Below, one piece after another: positions 28,551 through 37,285 of a stretch of DNA of 52,700 bases. A model generated the notes under the pieces. That model was not told the DNA's origin. It did no database searches and saw only the letters and a list, made by a program, of their open reading frames with translations. Made by a program: the position numbers and the translations under genes. Source of the stretch: an uncultured Coriobacteriaceae bacterium (lineage in GTDB: Bacteria > Actinomycetota > Coriobacteriia > Coriobacteriales > QAMH01); contig CAYLYJ010000003.1 in NCBI GenBank assembly GCA_964388185.1, positions 1-52,700 on the forward strand. Reading direction: 5' to 3'. Within the stretch, counting starts at the first letter, position 1, and every line of letters starts with the position of its first letter.

Positions 28551-30035
28551 CTAGGACCTCATTTCCTCGATTGCCGCTGCGGCAATCTCGCGATCGTCGA
28601 AGTGGTGTTTGACGTTCCCTATGATCTGATAGTCCTCATGCCCCTTGCCGGCGATGAGGACGACGTCGCCTGGTTGTGCTTCGCCAATGGCAAAGCGTAT
28701 CGCCTCGGCACGATCAGGCATTACTGCGTAGCGCTCTTCGTGACCTTCCATGCCAGTGAGAATCTGCGCGATGATCGCATCGGGATCTTCCGTGCGCGGG
28801 TTATCACTCGTAACGATGGCGAAGTCAGCCGCTAGGGCCGCGGCGCCCATCTTGGGGCGCTTGCCATGATCGCGATCACCTCCGCACCCAAAGACGCAGA
28901 GCACGCGACCATCGGTCACGGCACGCACGGCATCGATGGCCTTAGCGACCGAGTCAGGCGTATGCGCGTAGTCCACGAGCACGCCGAAGCTTGGATGCGT
29001 ACCCCGTGCTCCCACGACGCGTTCAAGGCGACCGGGAACTTGGGGAGCGGATTCAAGGGCCGAGACAATGGCCTCGTTGGTGAAACCGAGTGCAATGCCG
29101 ATGCCGAAGGCGACAAGTGCGTTCTCGACGTTGAAGCGGCCGACGAGCGGCAAGGTGACGTGCAGCCACTCGCCGCATGCCTCGAGATCGATGCGCGTGG
29201 CACGTGCATCGAAGCGTGCCTCCACGAGGCGCACGTCGCAATCGGCGTCAGAACCGACGCGATACAGCGTTTGCCCCGCGTCAGCGACAAGCTGCGCCAT
29301 GCGCTTTCCGGCATTCGAATCCGTACAGATGACACAGGCGGCGGGCTCATATTCGGTGAAGAGACGTGCCTTGGCGGCAAAGTAGTCCTCCATCGTCTTG
29401 TGATAGTCGAGGTGATCTTGCGTAAGGTTGCTGAACGCAGCGACAGCGAAATAGGTTCCCTTGACGCGGCCCAGGTCGAGCGCATGACTCGACACTTCGC
29501 AAGCGCACACGTCGACGTCAGCGTCGACCATGCGCGCGAGCAGGGCCTGGAAATCACGCGATTCGGGCGTCGTGTGCAACGAAGGACAGACTTCGTCAGC
29601 AACATGACATTCGACCGTCCCGATGAGACCGGCACGCTTACCAACGTGGCGCACGAGATGCTCGACGAGAAAGCAAGTCGTCGTCTTGCCATTCGTACCG
29701 GTGATTCCAACGACATCGAGCTTGCGCGAAGGAGTTCCGTAGAAGTTGGCTGCACATAGCGCGAGAGCCGAGCGGGCATCGTCGACAAGGAACTGCGGGG
29801 CATCGAGATCGAGCTCGCGTTCGACGACGAGGGCGACAGCACCACGCTCAAGCGCATCGGCGGCAAAATCGTGTCCATCGACAACAGTACCGGGAACGCA
29901 GAAGAACAAGGCACCCGGCGTGACGTCACGCGAGGAGAACTCGATGGCGCTGACCTCATAAGGTCCGTTATCACAATGCAGTGCCGTATGCGGCACGCCC
30001 GCGAACACCGATTCAATATTGCATATCCTCGTCAT
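28551..30035 (-). CDS. murE: UDP-MurNAc-dipeptide--diaminopimelate ligase
   Basis: TGTNGKTT, TTPE, EVSSH, NLTQDHLDYH, DYAHTPD, DNPR (DAP-type specificity motif) and AGKGHE. Confidence 0.97.
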   Translation of the reverse strand: MTRICNIESVFAGVPHTALHCDNGPYEVSAIEFSSRDVTPGALFFCVPGTVVDGHDFAADALERGAVALVVERELDLDAPQFLVDDARSALALCAANFYGTPSRKLDVVGITGTNGKTTTCFLVEHLVRHVGKRAGLIGTVECHVADEVCPSLHTTPESRDFQALLARMVDADVDVCACEVSSHALDLGRVKGTYFAVAAFSNLTQDHLDYHKTMEDYFAAKARLFTEYEPAACVICTDSNAGKRMAQLVADAGQTLYRVGSDADCDVRLVEARFDARATRIDLEACGEWLHVTLPLVGRFNVENALVAFGIGIALGFTNEAIVSALESAPQVPGRLERVVGARGTHPSFGVLVDYAHTPDSVAKAIDAVRAVTDGRVLCVFGCGGDRDHGKRPKMGAAALAADFAIVTSDNPRTEDPDAIIAQILTGMEGHEERYAVMPDRAEAIRFAIGEAQPGDVVLIAGKGHEDYQIIGNVKHHFDDREIAAAAIEEMRS

Positions 30036-30056
30036 CGTCTTCTTTCCCACCTTCGT

Positions 30057-31892
30057 CTACTTACCCTGCGCGTCTATCTGGTAGCGCGTCGCCGCATAGC
30101 TCATGATCTGGGAGAACACCGGTCCACACAGACCGCCGGCGCCCAGCATGGTCAGGGGCCTGTTAATCGTCACAAGACAGATGAGATCGCTCGACGAGCC
30201 ATGCAGCCAGCCGCAAAAAGACATGATGTAGGCATTCTCCTCGTAGCCGCCATACGTACTCGCGATCTCGGCCGTGCCCGTTTTGCCCGTAACGGAAAAG
30301 CCCTCGACGGCCGCCGCCTCGCCAGTACCCTCAGTCACGACCGAAGTCAGCATTTCGCTCACTTCGTCGCACGTACCGGCATCGGCAACGTTCTCGCGCT
30401 TGGTCAGGCTAGCCATGAGGCTTTGCGCCTTCTCGGCATCGTTTGGAACGTCGATGAGGAAGTGGGGTGTCGTGAGCACGCCACCTTGCTCAAGGGCACC
30501 GTAAGCGCGCACGAGTTGCAAGGGAGTCACCGTGAGGCCCTGTCCGAAGGTGACCGTCGCGCTCTGCACGCCGTCCCAATCCTTGGACTCCTCGAGTTGG
30601 CCTGCCGTATCTCCGGGAAAGTCGCATCCCGTCTTCTGGCCAAAGCCGAACGCATGATATGTGTCATAGAGCTGGCTTGTCTGAACCTCGCGGGACACGA
30701 GCGTCGTGCCCGTGTTCGACGAATCGGCGAGAATCGCGCGCAGCGACATGTCTTGTACCGGATGGTCATGAGAATCGGTTATGACCGTGTCGTACACCTC
30801 AAGCGCGTAGGGCACCGTATAGGTCGACGCAGGCGTAATGTTGGGGTTGTTCGCCAGCACCGAATAGGCCGTGAACGCCTTAAAGGTCGAACCCGGCTCG
30901 TAGATGTCGGTCACCGGTGCGAGTTTGCCTACCTCGAGCTTGTAATCAACCAGCGTGTCGAGCGGATTGACGTCGAGGGACTGGCCGGCTGCTTGGGCCT
31001 CGTCAACCTTGCGCTGCGCGGCGGCGGTTTCGGCTTCGAGCTCCTCGTTGCTCTTCTTTGCATACGAGCACGCTGCATAGATCTCACCGTTACTCGCATC
31101 CATGACGGTCACGCTACCGCCCTGTGCCTCGGTGCCCACGATCGCATCCAGAAGCAGCTCCTCGCAAAGCTTCTGGAGGTTGATATCGACGCTCGTCACG
31201 ATGTCCGTACCATCAACCGTCTCTGTGCGAGAAGTCTCGCCATTGGTGATGGGAATGTCGTTCATGCCGCGCTCGAAGACGATGGAGCCGTCCTCGCCCT
31301 TGAGCAGCTCGTCATACTCGAGCTCGAGGCCCGAGATGCCCTTGCCGTCGATGTCGACCATACCGATGATCTGGCTACCGACCTCGCCGTTGGGATATAC
31401 GCGCTTCGTGTCATCAAGATAGTGGATGCCCTTGAGCTTCTCGTCAGTTAGACGCTCCTTGAGCGTGTTGGCGAGCGTCACGTCCGCCTTGCGCTGGATG
31501 TAGGCAAACGAGAGCTCAGACTGGTCGACGAGCTTGAGGTAATCCTCCTTGCTCTTGCCACTTTCCGGCCCCAGCACCTCGGCGAGCACGCTCGCAAGAC
31601 GCTCCGCGTTGGTCACCTCCTGGGGGTTGACGTAGATGGTGGTCGCGTCGACGTTGGAGGCGATGACCTCACCGTTGCGGTCATAGACCGTGCCGCGGCG
31701 CGCCGATAGGCTCACCTCGGTCGTATGGGATGCCTCGGCCATACGCGCATACTCTGGCCCGCGGATGACCTGGATGTATATGAGGTTCGCGACGATGGCG
31801 GCAAGAACTGCCGCAAAAAGCACGAGGATGATCCAATCTCTGGACCATCGCTCTGGCGTCGCGTGCCGCGTTCTGTCTTGATTGCGCCCCAT
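30057..31892 (-). CDS. ftsI: Class B penicillin-binding protein (FtsI)
   Basis: TM, RGTVYDRNG, RVYP, GLELEYD; transpeptidase motifs STFK, SSN and KTG. Confidence 0.95.
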   Translation of the reverse strand: MGRNQDRTRHATPERWSRDWIILVLFAAVLAAIVANLIYIQVIRGPEYARMAEASHTTEVSLSARRGTVYDRNGEVIASNVDATTIYVNPQEVTNAERLASVLAEVLGPESGKSKEDYLKLVDQSELSFAYIQRKADVTLANTLKERLTDEKLKGIHYLDDTKRVYPNGEVGSQIIGMVDIDGKGISGLELEYDELLKGEDGSIVFERGMNDIPITNGETSRTETVDGTDIVTSVDINLQKLCEELLLDAIVGTEAQGGSVTVMDASNGEIYAACSYAKKSNEELEAETAAAQRKVDEAQAAGQSLDVNPLDTLVDYKLEVGKLAPVTDIYEPGSTFKAFTAYSVLANNPNITPASTYTVPYALEVYDTVITDSHDHPVQDMSLRAILADSSNTGTTLVSREVQTSQLYDTYHAFGFGQKTGCDFPGDTAGQLEESKDWDGVQSATVTFGQGLTVTPLQLVRAYGALEQGGVLTTPHFLIDVPNDAEKAQSLMASLTKRENVADAGTCDEVSEMLTSVVTEGTGEAAAVEGFSVTGKTGTAEIASTYGGYEENAYIMSFCGWLHGSSSDLICLVTINRPLTMLGAGGLCGPVFSQIMSYAATRYQIDAQGK

Positions 31893-31902
31893 CGTCAGCT
31901 AC

Positions 31903-32412
31903 CTAGCCTTTCGTCAGGGCAATGTAATCTTCGACGTTTTGGAGCGTGCCGGCAAGCGATATGGATCCATCCGCGTTCAAAACGACCTTGCCGGGAACGA
32001 CGATTTTCAGGTACATGACGTTTTCGGGTGCCACCATGCCGATCTTGGTCGCTTCCTCCTCGATGCGCGTCGAGCTTGACAGTATCGAGTGCTGAATCTC
32101 GAGCTCGTTGGTCTTTGCCTGGGCACTTGTAAGCGTGCTCTCGATGGCATTGACGTTGTCGAGCCGAGCGACCGTCGCCGCCGATAACCATACGCGCACG
32201 GAGCAGAGCACAGCAATGGTGACGATGAGAATGATCGCGAGCTTGAAGGCAAAGGCATACTCGGGCGAAATCGATTGCAGAGCTGGATTTGACGTGCGCT
32301 GACCGGGGATGACGCGAACATCGGGACGTGACGCGCGCTCGGGAGCCGCCGTGTGTGCGGCTTGAGCGGCATACCGAGGGTAGCCGTAATACTGTCGAGC
32401 AGCCTGCGCCAT
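31903..32412 (-). CDS. ftsL: FtsL-like cell division protein
   Basis: Cytoplasmic N-terminus, one TM, coiled coil and RIEEEATKIGM; located between rsmH and ftsI. Confidence 0.8.
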   Translation of the reverse strand: MAQAARQYYGYPRYAAQAAHTAAPERASRPDVRVIPGQRTSNPALQSISPEYAFAFKLAIILIVTIAVLCSVRVWLSAATVARLDNVNAIESTLTSAQAKTNELEIQHSILSSSTRIEEEATKIGMVAPENVMYLKIVVPGKVVLNADGSISLAGTLQNVEDYIALTKG

Positions 32413-32435
32413 GATAGACGGGCGTCCTTTCTACA

Positions 32436-33386
32436 TTAAAGCTTCGTTGCAACCCGTAAACGAGCGCTATGCGCCCGGTTGTTATCCTCAATCTCGCCTG
32501 CAGCCGGAACAATCGGCTTGCGGGTCTCAACTTTCAATACCGGCTTCTTGCCGCACGCGCACACCGGAAGTTCCGGCGGACAGGTGCAGGGGTTCTCCAT
32601 GTTGCGAAAGCAGTCCTTCACGATGCGATCTTCGAGCGAGTGATATGAGATAACGGCGATCCTGCCACCTGGGTTGAGCCATCGGATGGCAGCCTCGAGA
32701 CCACGGGACAGAGCGTCAAGCTCGTGGTTCACCTCGATGCGTAGCGCCTGGAACGTGCGCTTGGCGGGATGCCCGCCCTTCTTGCGCGCGTTCGCGGGAA
32801 TTGCCCGCTTAATGATATCGACCAGCTGAAATGTTGAATTGACGGGCTGCTCGCAACGCGCGTCAACAATGAAGCGAGCGATACGGGCAGCCCACTTTTC
32901 CTCACCGTATTCGCGCAGAACCCGGGCGAGATCATCTGTGGTGTAGGTGTTTAGGATCTCTGCTGCGGTTAGGGTGTGTGTACCCGGGTCCATACGCATA
33001 TCGAGGGGAGCGTCTTCTCTATAAGAGAAACCACGCTCAGGAAAATCGAATTGTGGAGAGCTCACTCCAAGGTCGAAGAGCACGGCATCGACGCCTGGTA
33101 CGCGCGCCGTGACGAGCAGTTCGTCAAGGTCGGCGAAATTGCCCTTGAGCAGAATCGGATCCGAGTCAAGTCCCGCACTGCCCAATCGCCTCGCCGCCGC
33201 CTCAAGCGCCATGTCATCTTGGTCGATGCCGATGAGCGTACCGTGTGGCGCGATGCTTTTTGCTATCGCCTCAGAGTGTCCCGCCCCGCCGAGCGTGCAA
33301 TCGAGCGCGGTGGCGCCGTCATGGAGCTTGAGTGCGGCAATGCACTCATCGAGCAGAACGGGAATGTGCCGGTATTCAGCTGTCAA
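32436..33386 (-). CDS. rsmH: 16S rRNA m4C1402 methyltransferase
   Basis: HIPVLL, DCTLGGAGHS, DLGVSSPQ, PLDMRM, FQALRIEVN, SYHSLEDR and SARLR. TTG start. Confidence 0.97.
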   Translation of the reverse strand: MTAEYRHIPVLLDECIAALKLHDGATALDCTLGGAGHSEAIAKSIAPHGTLIGIDQDDMALEAAARRLGSAGLDSDPILLKGNFADLDELLVTARVPGVDAVLFDLGVSSPQFDFPERGFSYREDAPLDMRMDPGTHTLTAAEILNTYTTDDLARVLREYGEEKWAARIARFIVDARCEQPVNSTFQLVDIIKRAIPANARKKGGHPAKRTFQALRIEVNHELDALSRGLEAAIRWLNPGGRIAVISYHSLEDRIVKDCFRNMENPCTCPPELPVCACGKKPVLKVETRKPIVPAAGEIEDNNRAHSARLRVATKL

Positions 33387-33396
33387 CGTGCCGTCC

Positions 33397-33846
33397 CTAG
33401 TCTTCCAGGAAGTCGCCGAACGGATCGATGGAATCCATGTAAGACTCGAGAGCCTGGCTATCCCAGATCTCGATATGGTCACCTTCGCCGATGATGGTCA
33501 CGTTCTTGTCGATACCGACCTTCTCGCACTGCTTGGGGGAGAGCTTGACACGTCCCGCCGCATCGACGGCCACCGACTCCGCACTCGAGTTGAGATACTT
33601 GTGCAGGGCAATGTGCTTCTTGCTGCGTGGGTTATAGCCCCCCTCTTCGGTATCGAAGAACGAATCCATCCATTCGTCGTACGCTTCGTCCGAAAAGACG
33701 TACAGGGCCTTGCCAAAATCTGCGTTGGCAACCGGGACGATGGTCACCTCATCCGGCAGGGCCTTGCGGAACTTTGCAGGCAGGGAGACACGGCCCTTGC
33801 TATCAACGCTATGTTGATACTCGCCGCGGAAACGCATTGCGCTCAC
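33397..33846 (-). CDS. mraZ: Transcriptional regulator MraZ
   Basis: FRGEYQHSVDSKGRVSLP, DAAGRV and IEIWD. Confidence 0.96.
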   Translation of the reverse strand: MSAMRFRGEYQHSVDSKGRVSLPAKFRKALPDEVTIVPVANADFGKALYVFSDEAYDEWMDSFFDTEEGGYNPRSKKHIALHKYLNSSAESVAVDAAGRVKLSPKQCEKVGIDKNVTIIGEGDHIEIWDSQALESYMDSIDPFGDFLED

Positions 33847-33930
33847 ACCCCTTGCCCGTCCCGAAAAATTTGGCGATCCCCCTGGCTATGTTTGATGTTG
33901 TGTTTATCGGGGGATCGCAGCGAGAATATT

Positions 33931-34012
33931 ATCCCATTACATCCCACTTCTCAACACTAATTTGGGGAATTATCCCCCACTATGCCACCCATGTGGTGCC
34001 ATGTCTCCCCAT
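33931..34012 (-). promoter_or_regulatory. MraZ operator: 10-bp-phased (A/G)TGG-type repeats upstream of mraZ
   Basis: Minus strand repeats start at 34012/34002/33992 (ATGGG, ATGGC, ATGGG) and 33957/33947/33937 (GTGTT, GTGGG, ATGGG), plus GTGGG at 33980. This matches the known TGG-repeat spacing of MraZ sites. Confidence 0.65.
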
Positions 34013-34221
34013 ATTTTGAAATTGGACACAAGATATTGTGTCTGCTCCTTTCTCTAATTGAATTTGTGGGTGATTTCGGCAGTGGGATGGTTTTCCACAA
34101 ATTTTTGGACTTTTGCTCGATTTGAGCCAAATTCGGGTGTGAACGGAACAACGTCGTATGTGCCTTGTCTCTCGCACAGTACAATGGACAAGACGATGAT
34201 GCTCGAGCCGAGGAGATCCCC

Positions 34222-35577
34222 ATGACGAACAACGATGCGCAGCGCGACTGTGTGCTCTACCTTTCGGACGTTCACGGCGAGTTCGACACCTTCGCCTACT
34301 TGCTTGAGAGCTGGCGCAATAACCTGCGTTGGACGCATCTCGTCGGCGACGTCTATGACCGGGGCCCGGCACCGGACAAGATCATCGACCTGCTCATCGA
34401 CTACCCCAATGCCGATCTGCAATGGGGCAACCACGACGTAGTGTGGATGGGCGCTGCACTGGGCCAGGAAGGATGCATCGCTCATGTCGTGCGAAACTGT
34501 GCTCGCTATGGGAATCTGGACATTTTGACTAATTCATATGGAATCGATTTGACACCTCTGGCGACGTTCGCGCTTTCCGCCTACGCCGACGACCCGTGCG
34601 AGGCATTTGCCCTCAAGTCAAACCCCGGACTTTCAGCTGCAGAGCTCGAGATGAACATCAAGATACAGAAGGCAATGGCGATCTTGCAGTTCAAAGTCGA
34701 AGCAGCGTTAATAGACAAGTATCCTAGTTTTGGACTTGGGGACAGAAAGCTTCTGCATCTCATCGACTACGACGCGCGAACCGTCGACGTCGATGGCGTG
34801 ACCTACGAGCTTACCGACGACTACTTCCCCACCGTCAATCGCGACGACCCATACCGACTCACCGAGGAAGAGCAAGCCGTCATGGACTACCTCGTGGACG
34901 CGTTTGCCAGCTGTGAGAAACTTACGCGCCACACGCGTTTCCTGCTCGAGCGCGGGAGCCTGTACAAGATATGCGATGGCGATCTGCTCGCGCATGCCTG
35001 CGTGCCGCTCAACGATGACGGCACGCTCAAGGAAGTCGACATCTACGGCACAACCTGCAAAGGCAAGGGACTCTACGATGAGGCGCAACGCTGGGTGCGC
35101 ACGGCATTCGAGTCAGATGACGCGGCCATGCGCGAAAAGGGCCGCGACCTCATCTGGTATTTGTGGCTTGGACCGGGCTCGCCACTATTCGCCAAGAGCA
35201 AGATGGCGACCTTCGAGATCTACCTCTGCAAAGACAAGACAGCGCGCAAGGAGGTCAAGAACGCCTTCTACCTGCTACTCGACGAGGCCCTCCCCTACGA
35301 ACGCATTTTCGAGGACTTCGGACTCGACCCCGCACACGCGCGCATCATCTGCGGACACGTGCCGGTCAAGGCCAAGGACGGCGAGGATCCCGTCAAGGCA
35401 GGCGGGCGCGTCATCTGCATCGACGGCGGCATGTCGGCGGCCTACAGCAAGACGACGGGACTCGCGGGCTACGCACTCACGCGTAAGGACGAGCGCTTCA
35501 CGCTCTATGCCATCGAAAACTTCGACAAGGACACGCAGACGCTCGTTACCGAAGCCAGGGAGATCCCGCCGCGATAG
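34222..35577 (+). CDS. fbp: Class III fructose-1,6-bisphosphatase family protein (shortened)
   Basis: SDVHGE, GDVYDRGP, QWGNHD, AILQFKVE, WYLW.G..SPLF.K.KMATFE, GHVPVK and IDGG. GAGGAG RBS before ATG 34222. Confidence 0.85.
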   Translation: MTNNDAQRDCVLYLSDVHGEFDTFAYLLESWRNNLRWTHLVGDVYDRGPAPDKIIDLLIDYPNADLQWGNHDVVWMGAALGQEGCIAHVVRNCARYGNLDILTNSYGIDLTPLATFALSAYADDPCEAFALKSNPGLSAAELEMNIKIQKAMAILQFKVEAALIDKYPSFGLGDRKLLHLIDYDARTVDVDGVTYELTDDYFPTVNRDDPYRLTEEEQAVMDYLVDAFASCEKLTRHTRFLLERGSLYKICDGDLLAHACVPLNDDGTLKEVDIYGTTCKGKGLYDEAQRWVRTAFESDDAAMREKGRDLIWYLWLGPGSPLFAKSKMATFEIYLCKDKTARKEVKNAFYLLLDEALPYERIFEDFGLDPAHARIICGHVPVKAKDGEDPVKAGGRVICIDGGMSAAYSKTTGLAGYALTRKDERFTLYAIENFDKDTQTLVTEAREIPPR

Positions 35578-35617
35578 CGGCACAGATGCGCTGACGCGCG
35601 GGCGCGGACGGGCTCCC

Positions 35618-35646
35618 ATGTGACAGGGGTCAGGCCCCTGTCACAT
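35618..35646. repeat. REP-like palindrome, copy A2 (may double as a bidirectional terminator between convergent genes)
   Basis: ATGTGACAGGGG-TCAGG-CCCCTGTCACAT. It differs from A1 only by one compensatory base-pair swap. Confidence 0.8.
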
Positions 35647-35693
35647 ATTGGACAGAACATGGGAACTCCTATTCTTGAAAGAACAGGTTTGAT

Positions 35694-36740
35694 CTAGATG
35701 CAGAAGCCGGGAACAACACCATAGGAGCCGTAACCGGAGTTGTCCGGATCGCCTTGCCAGTCCACGTACCCGAAGCCGTCCGAGTGGGCCCAAATCGGAG
35801 AGCGCTCCCACCAGCCAGACGGCGCGCTAAGCTTCTTTACGAGGATGTCGTTACAACCCTGCCTCACGTTCGTGTCGCGGAAGAGCTTGTACTGCGAGCC
35901 CTGGGCATTGAGTACGTCCTCATACGCGGCATGGTAGGCATAATTGCTGTTCAACCTTATCGTTCCGCTGAGTTCGGTCTGGGAGAAGAGCCACAGCCGA
36001 TCGGAGGTCGGCGTGACCGAGGAGGTCGACTTGGTCTCGCCGCCAACGTTATTGGTGAGCTTTTTCACGGAGACAATCTTTTGCCTCAGGTCGTCGGGGA
36101 GCAGGTCGAGGCCCTCGGAGTCGAGGTACGAGCGCATCCGGGATTTCTCCCAGCCACCGGCGTTCGTGTCGCTTGGGTTCATTTCGCGCTTGCTGATGCA
36201 ATCCCCGAAGATGAAGGTGATGCCCGCCTTGCCGCCGTCCGCCTTGTCATCATGCCAGAAGCCAGCGATCTGCACCGTTGTTTGAGTGCCGTCGCTCAGC
36301 GTGACGGACTTCGCCTGGGTGCCGTCGAGCCTGCCGTCTTCGGTGGTGAGCTTGTACTTCTTAGCTACCTCGATAGCCGCGCCCTCGTTGGGTGCCTTTG
36401 CGATCTCTTCGGAGATCTCCGAGAGCTCCTCCCAACTGTAATCATCAAGCGGCATGGTAGAGACAGGTTCAGCCGAACTCGAAGAGGAAGAGCCGGAGCT
36501 GCTTGATGCCTTGGTATTCGAACTCCCGCAGCCGCTGAGCGAGAAGAGCGCAATGATGACCATCGCGATGACAGCAATTACAGAAATAGCAATTCTCTTC
36601 CATGGCTTGATGCTTACCGCTGCAACATCAGTACTTGCACTCGCTACCTCAGCCGGCGTGCTCCGCTTTATCGAAACTCCTCCCTTGTTGTAGAGCCCCG
36701 CATTATCGTTAGTGCTTGACCCAAACCTTGTTCTGAACAT
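35694..36740 (-). CDS. Membrane-anchored/lipoprotein-like surface protein with DUF6273-like (CLec-fold-like) C-terminal domain
   Basis: Hydrophobic helix ending in LSGC, Ser-rich linker, then YSWEELS, GGWEKSRMRSYL, DRLWLFS, WWERSP and YGVVPGFCI. The domain call comes from motif recognition. Confidence 0.7.
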   Translation of the reverse strand: MFRTRFGSSTNDNAGLYNKGGVSIKRSTPAEVASASTDVAAVSIKPWKRIAISVIAVIAMVIIALFSLSGCGSSNTKASSSSGSSSSSSAEPVSTMPLDDYSWEELSEISEEIAKAPNEGAAIEVAKKYKLTTEDGRLDGTQAKSVTLSDGTQTTVQIAGFWHDDKADGGKAGITFIFGDCISKREMNPSDTNAGGWEKSRMRSYLDSEGLDLLPDDLRQKIVSVKKLTNNVGGETKSTSSVTPTSDRLWLFSQTELSGTIRLNSNYAYHAAYEDVLNAQGSQYKLFRDTNVRQGCNDILVKKLSAPSGWWERSPIWAHSDGFGYVDWQGDPDNSGYGSYGVVPGFCI

Positions 36741-37002
36741 AAAGGCCCCTTTCCCTAGTCATGCCTTTTCCCCTGAACTCGTTGAGCGCCGTGGCAATAC
36801 CGAAGACGATCACGAGAATCAAAACGAGACAAATGAAACCAAGGTAATTTGAGAGATCGAAAAACGAGGGCAACGGGTAGAACCAAAGCACGTCAGCGAT
36901 GACAGCGATGGCAAAAATCACGGAGATGCCGATGCCCTCGGCAGGTGTATCGGAATTGAGAAGATCTGCGATATATCGCAGACGGGATTTTATCGAGACC
37001 AT
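36709..37002 (-). CDS. Small membrane protein (two TM helices), hypothetical
   Basis: 97-aa ORF with two hydrophobic segments; overlaps the start of the downstream gene by 32 nt. Confidence 0.5.
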   Translation of the reverse strand: MVSIKSRLRYIADLLNSDTPAEGIGISVIFAIAVIADVLWFYPLPSFFDLSNYLGFICLVLILVIVFGIATALNEFRGKGMTRERGLYVQNKVWVKH

Positions 37003-37243
37003 CAGCGGTCATCCCAAACCAGCCGGGATGACCAAAGGCAGGCTAGGGTCCTAGAAGACCCCCCCCCGTGTCACATATTTCGCGCTGATGCTCATGGATT
37101 GCAAGATAGCATATTTCCTGTGCTACAGCCTACATGCCCGTAGCCAATCGGCAAGCGCGGGCACGCAGTCCTTGCACGCAAGCTCTTCAGCTACGCTGCG
37201 AAATCATCGAATCGAGTGCGAAAATGCGCGAATCACAGCTGTC

Positions 37244-37276
37244 GGGAAGCGACCGTCGAAGCGGAGCGGCTTTCCC
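37244..37276. repeat. Hairpin carrying repeat motif B2 (AGCGACCGTCGAAGCGGAGCGG, 37248-37269)
   Basis: 21/22 identity with 12751-12772; enclosed by GGGAAGC/GCTTTCCC; lies just 3' of the rsmB stop. Confidence 0.65.
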
Positions 37277-37285
37277 TGCGCGCCC

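Noticed and set aside
35694-37285. Complete DGR locus
   Set aside because: No reverse transcriptase, Avd or AAC-rich template repeat found in the window; reported only as a possible remote target.
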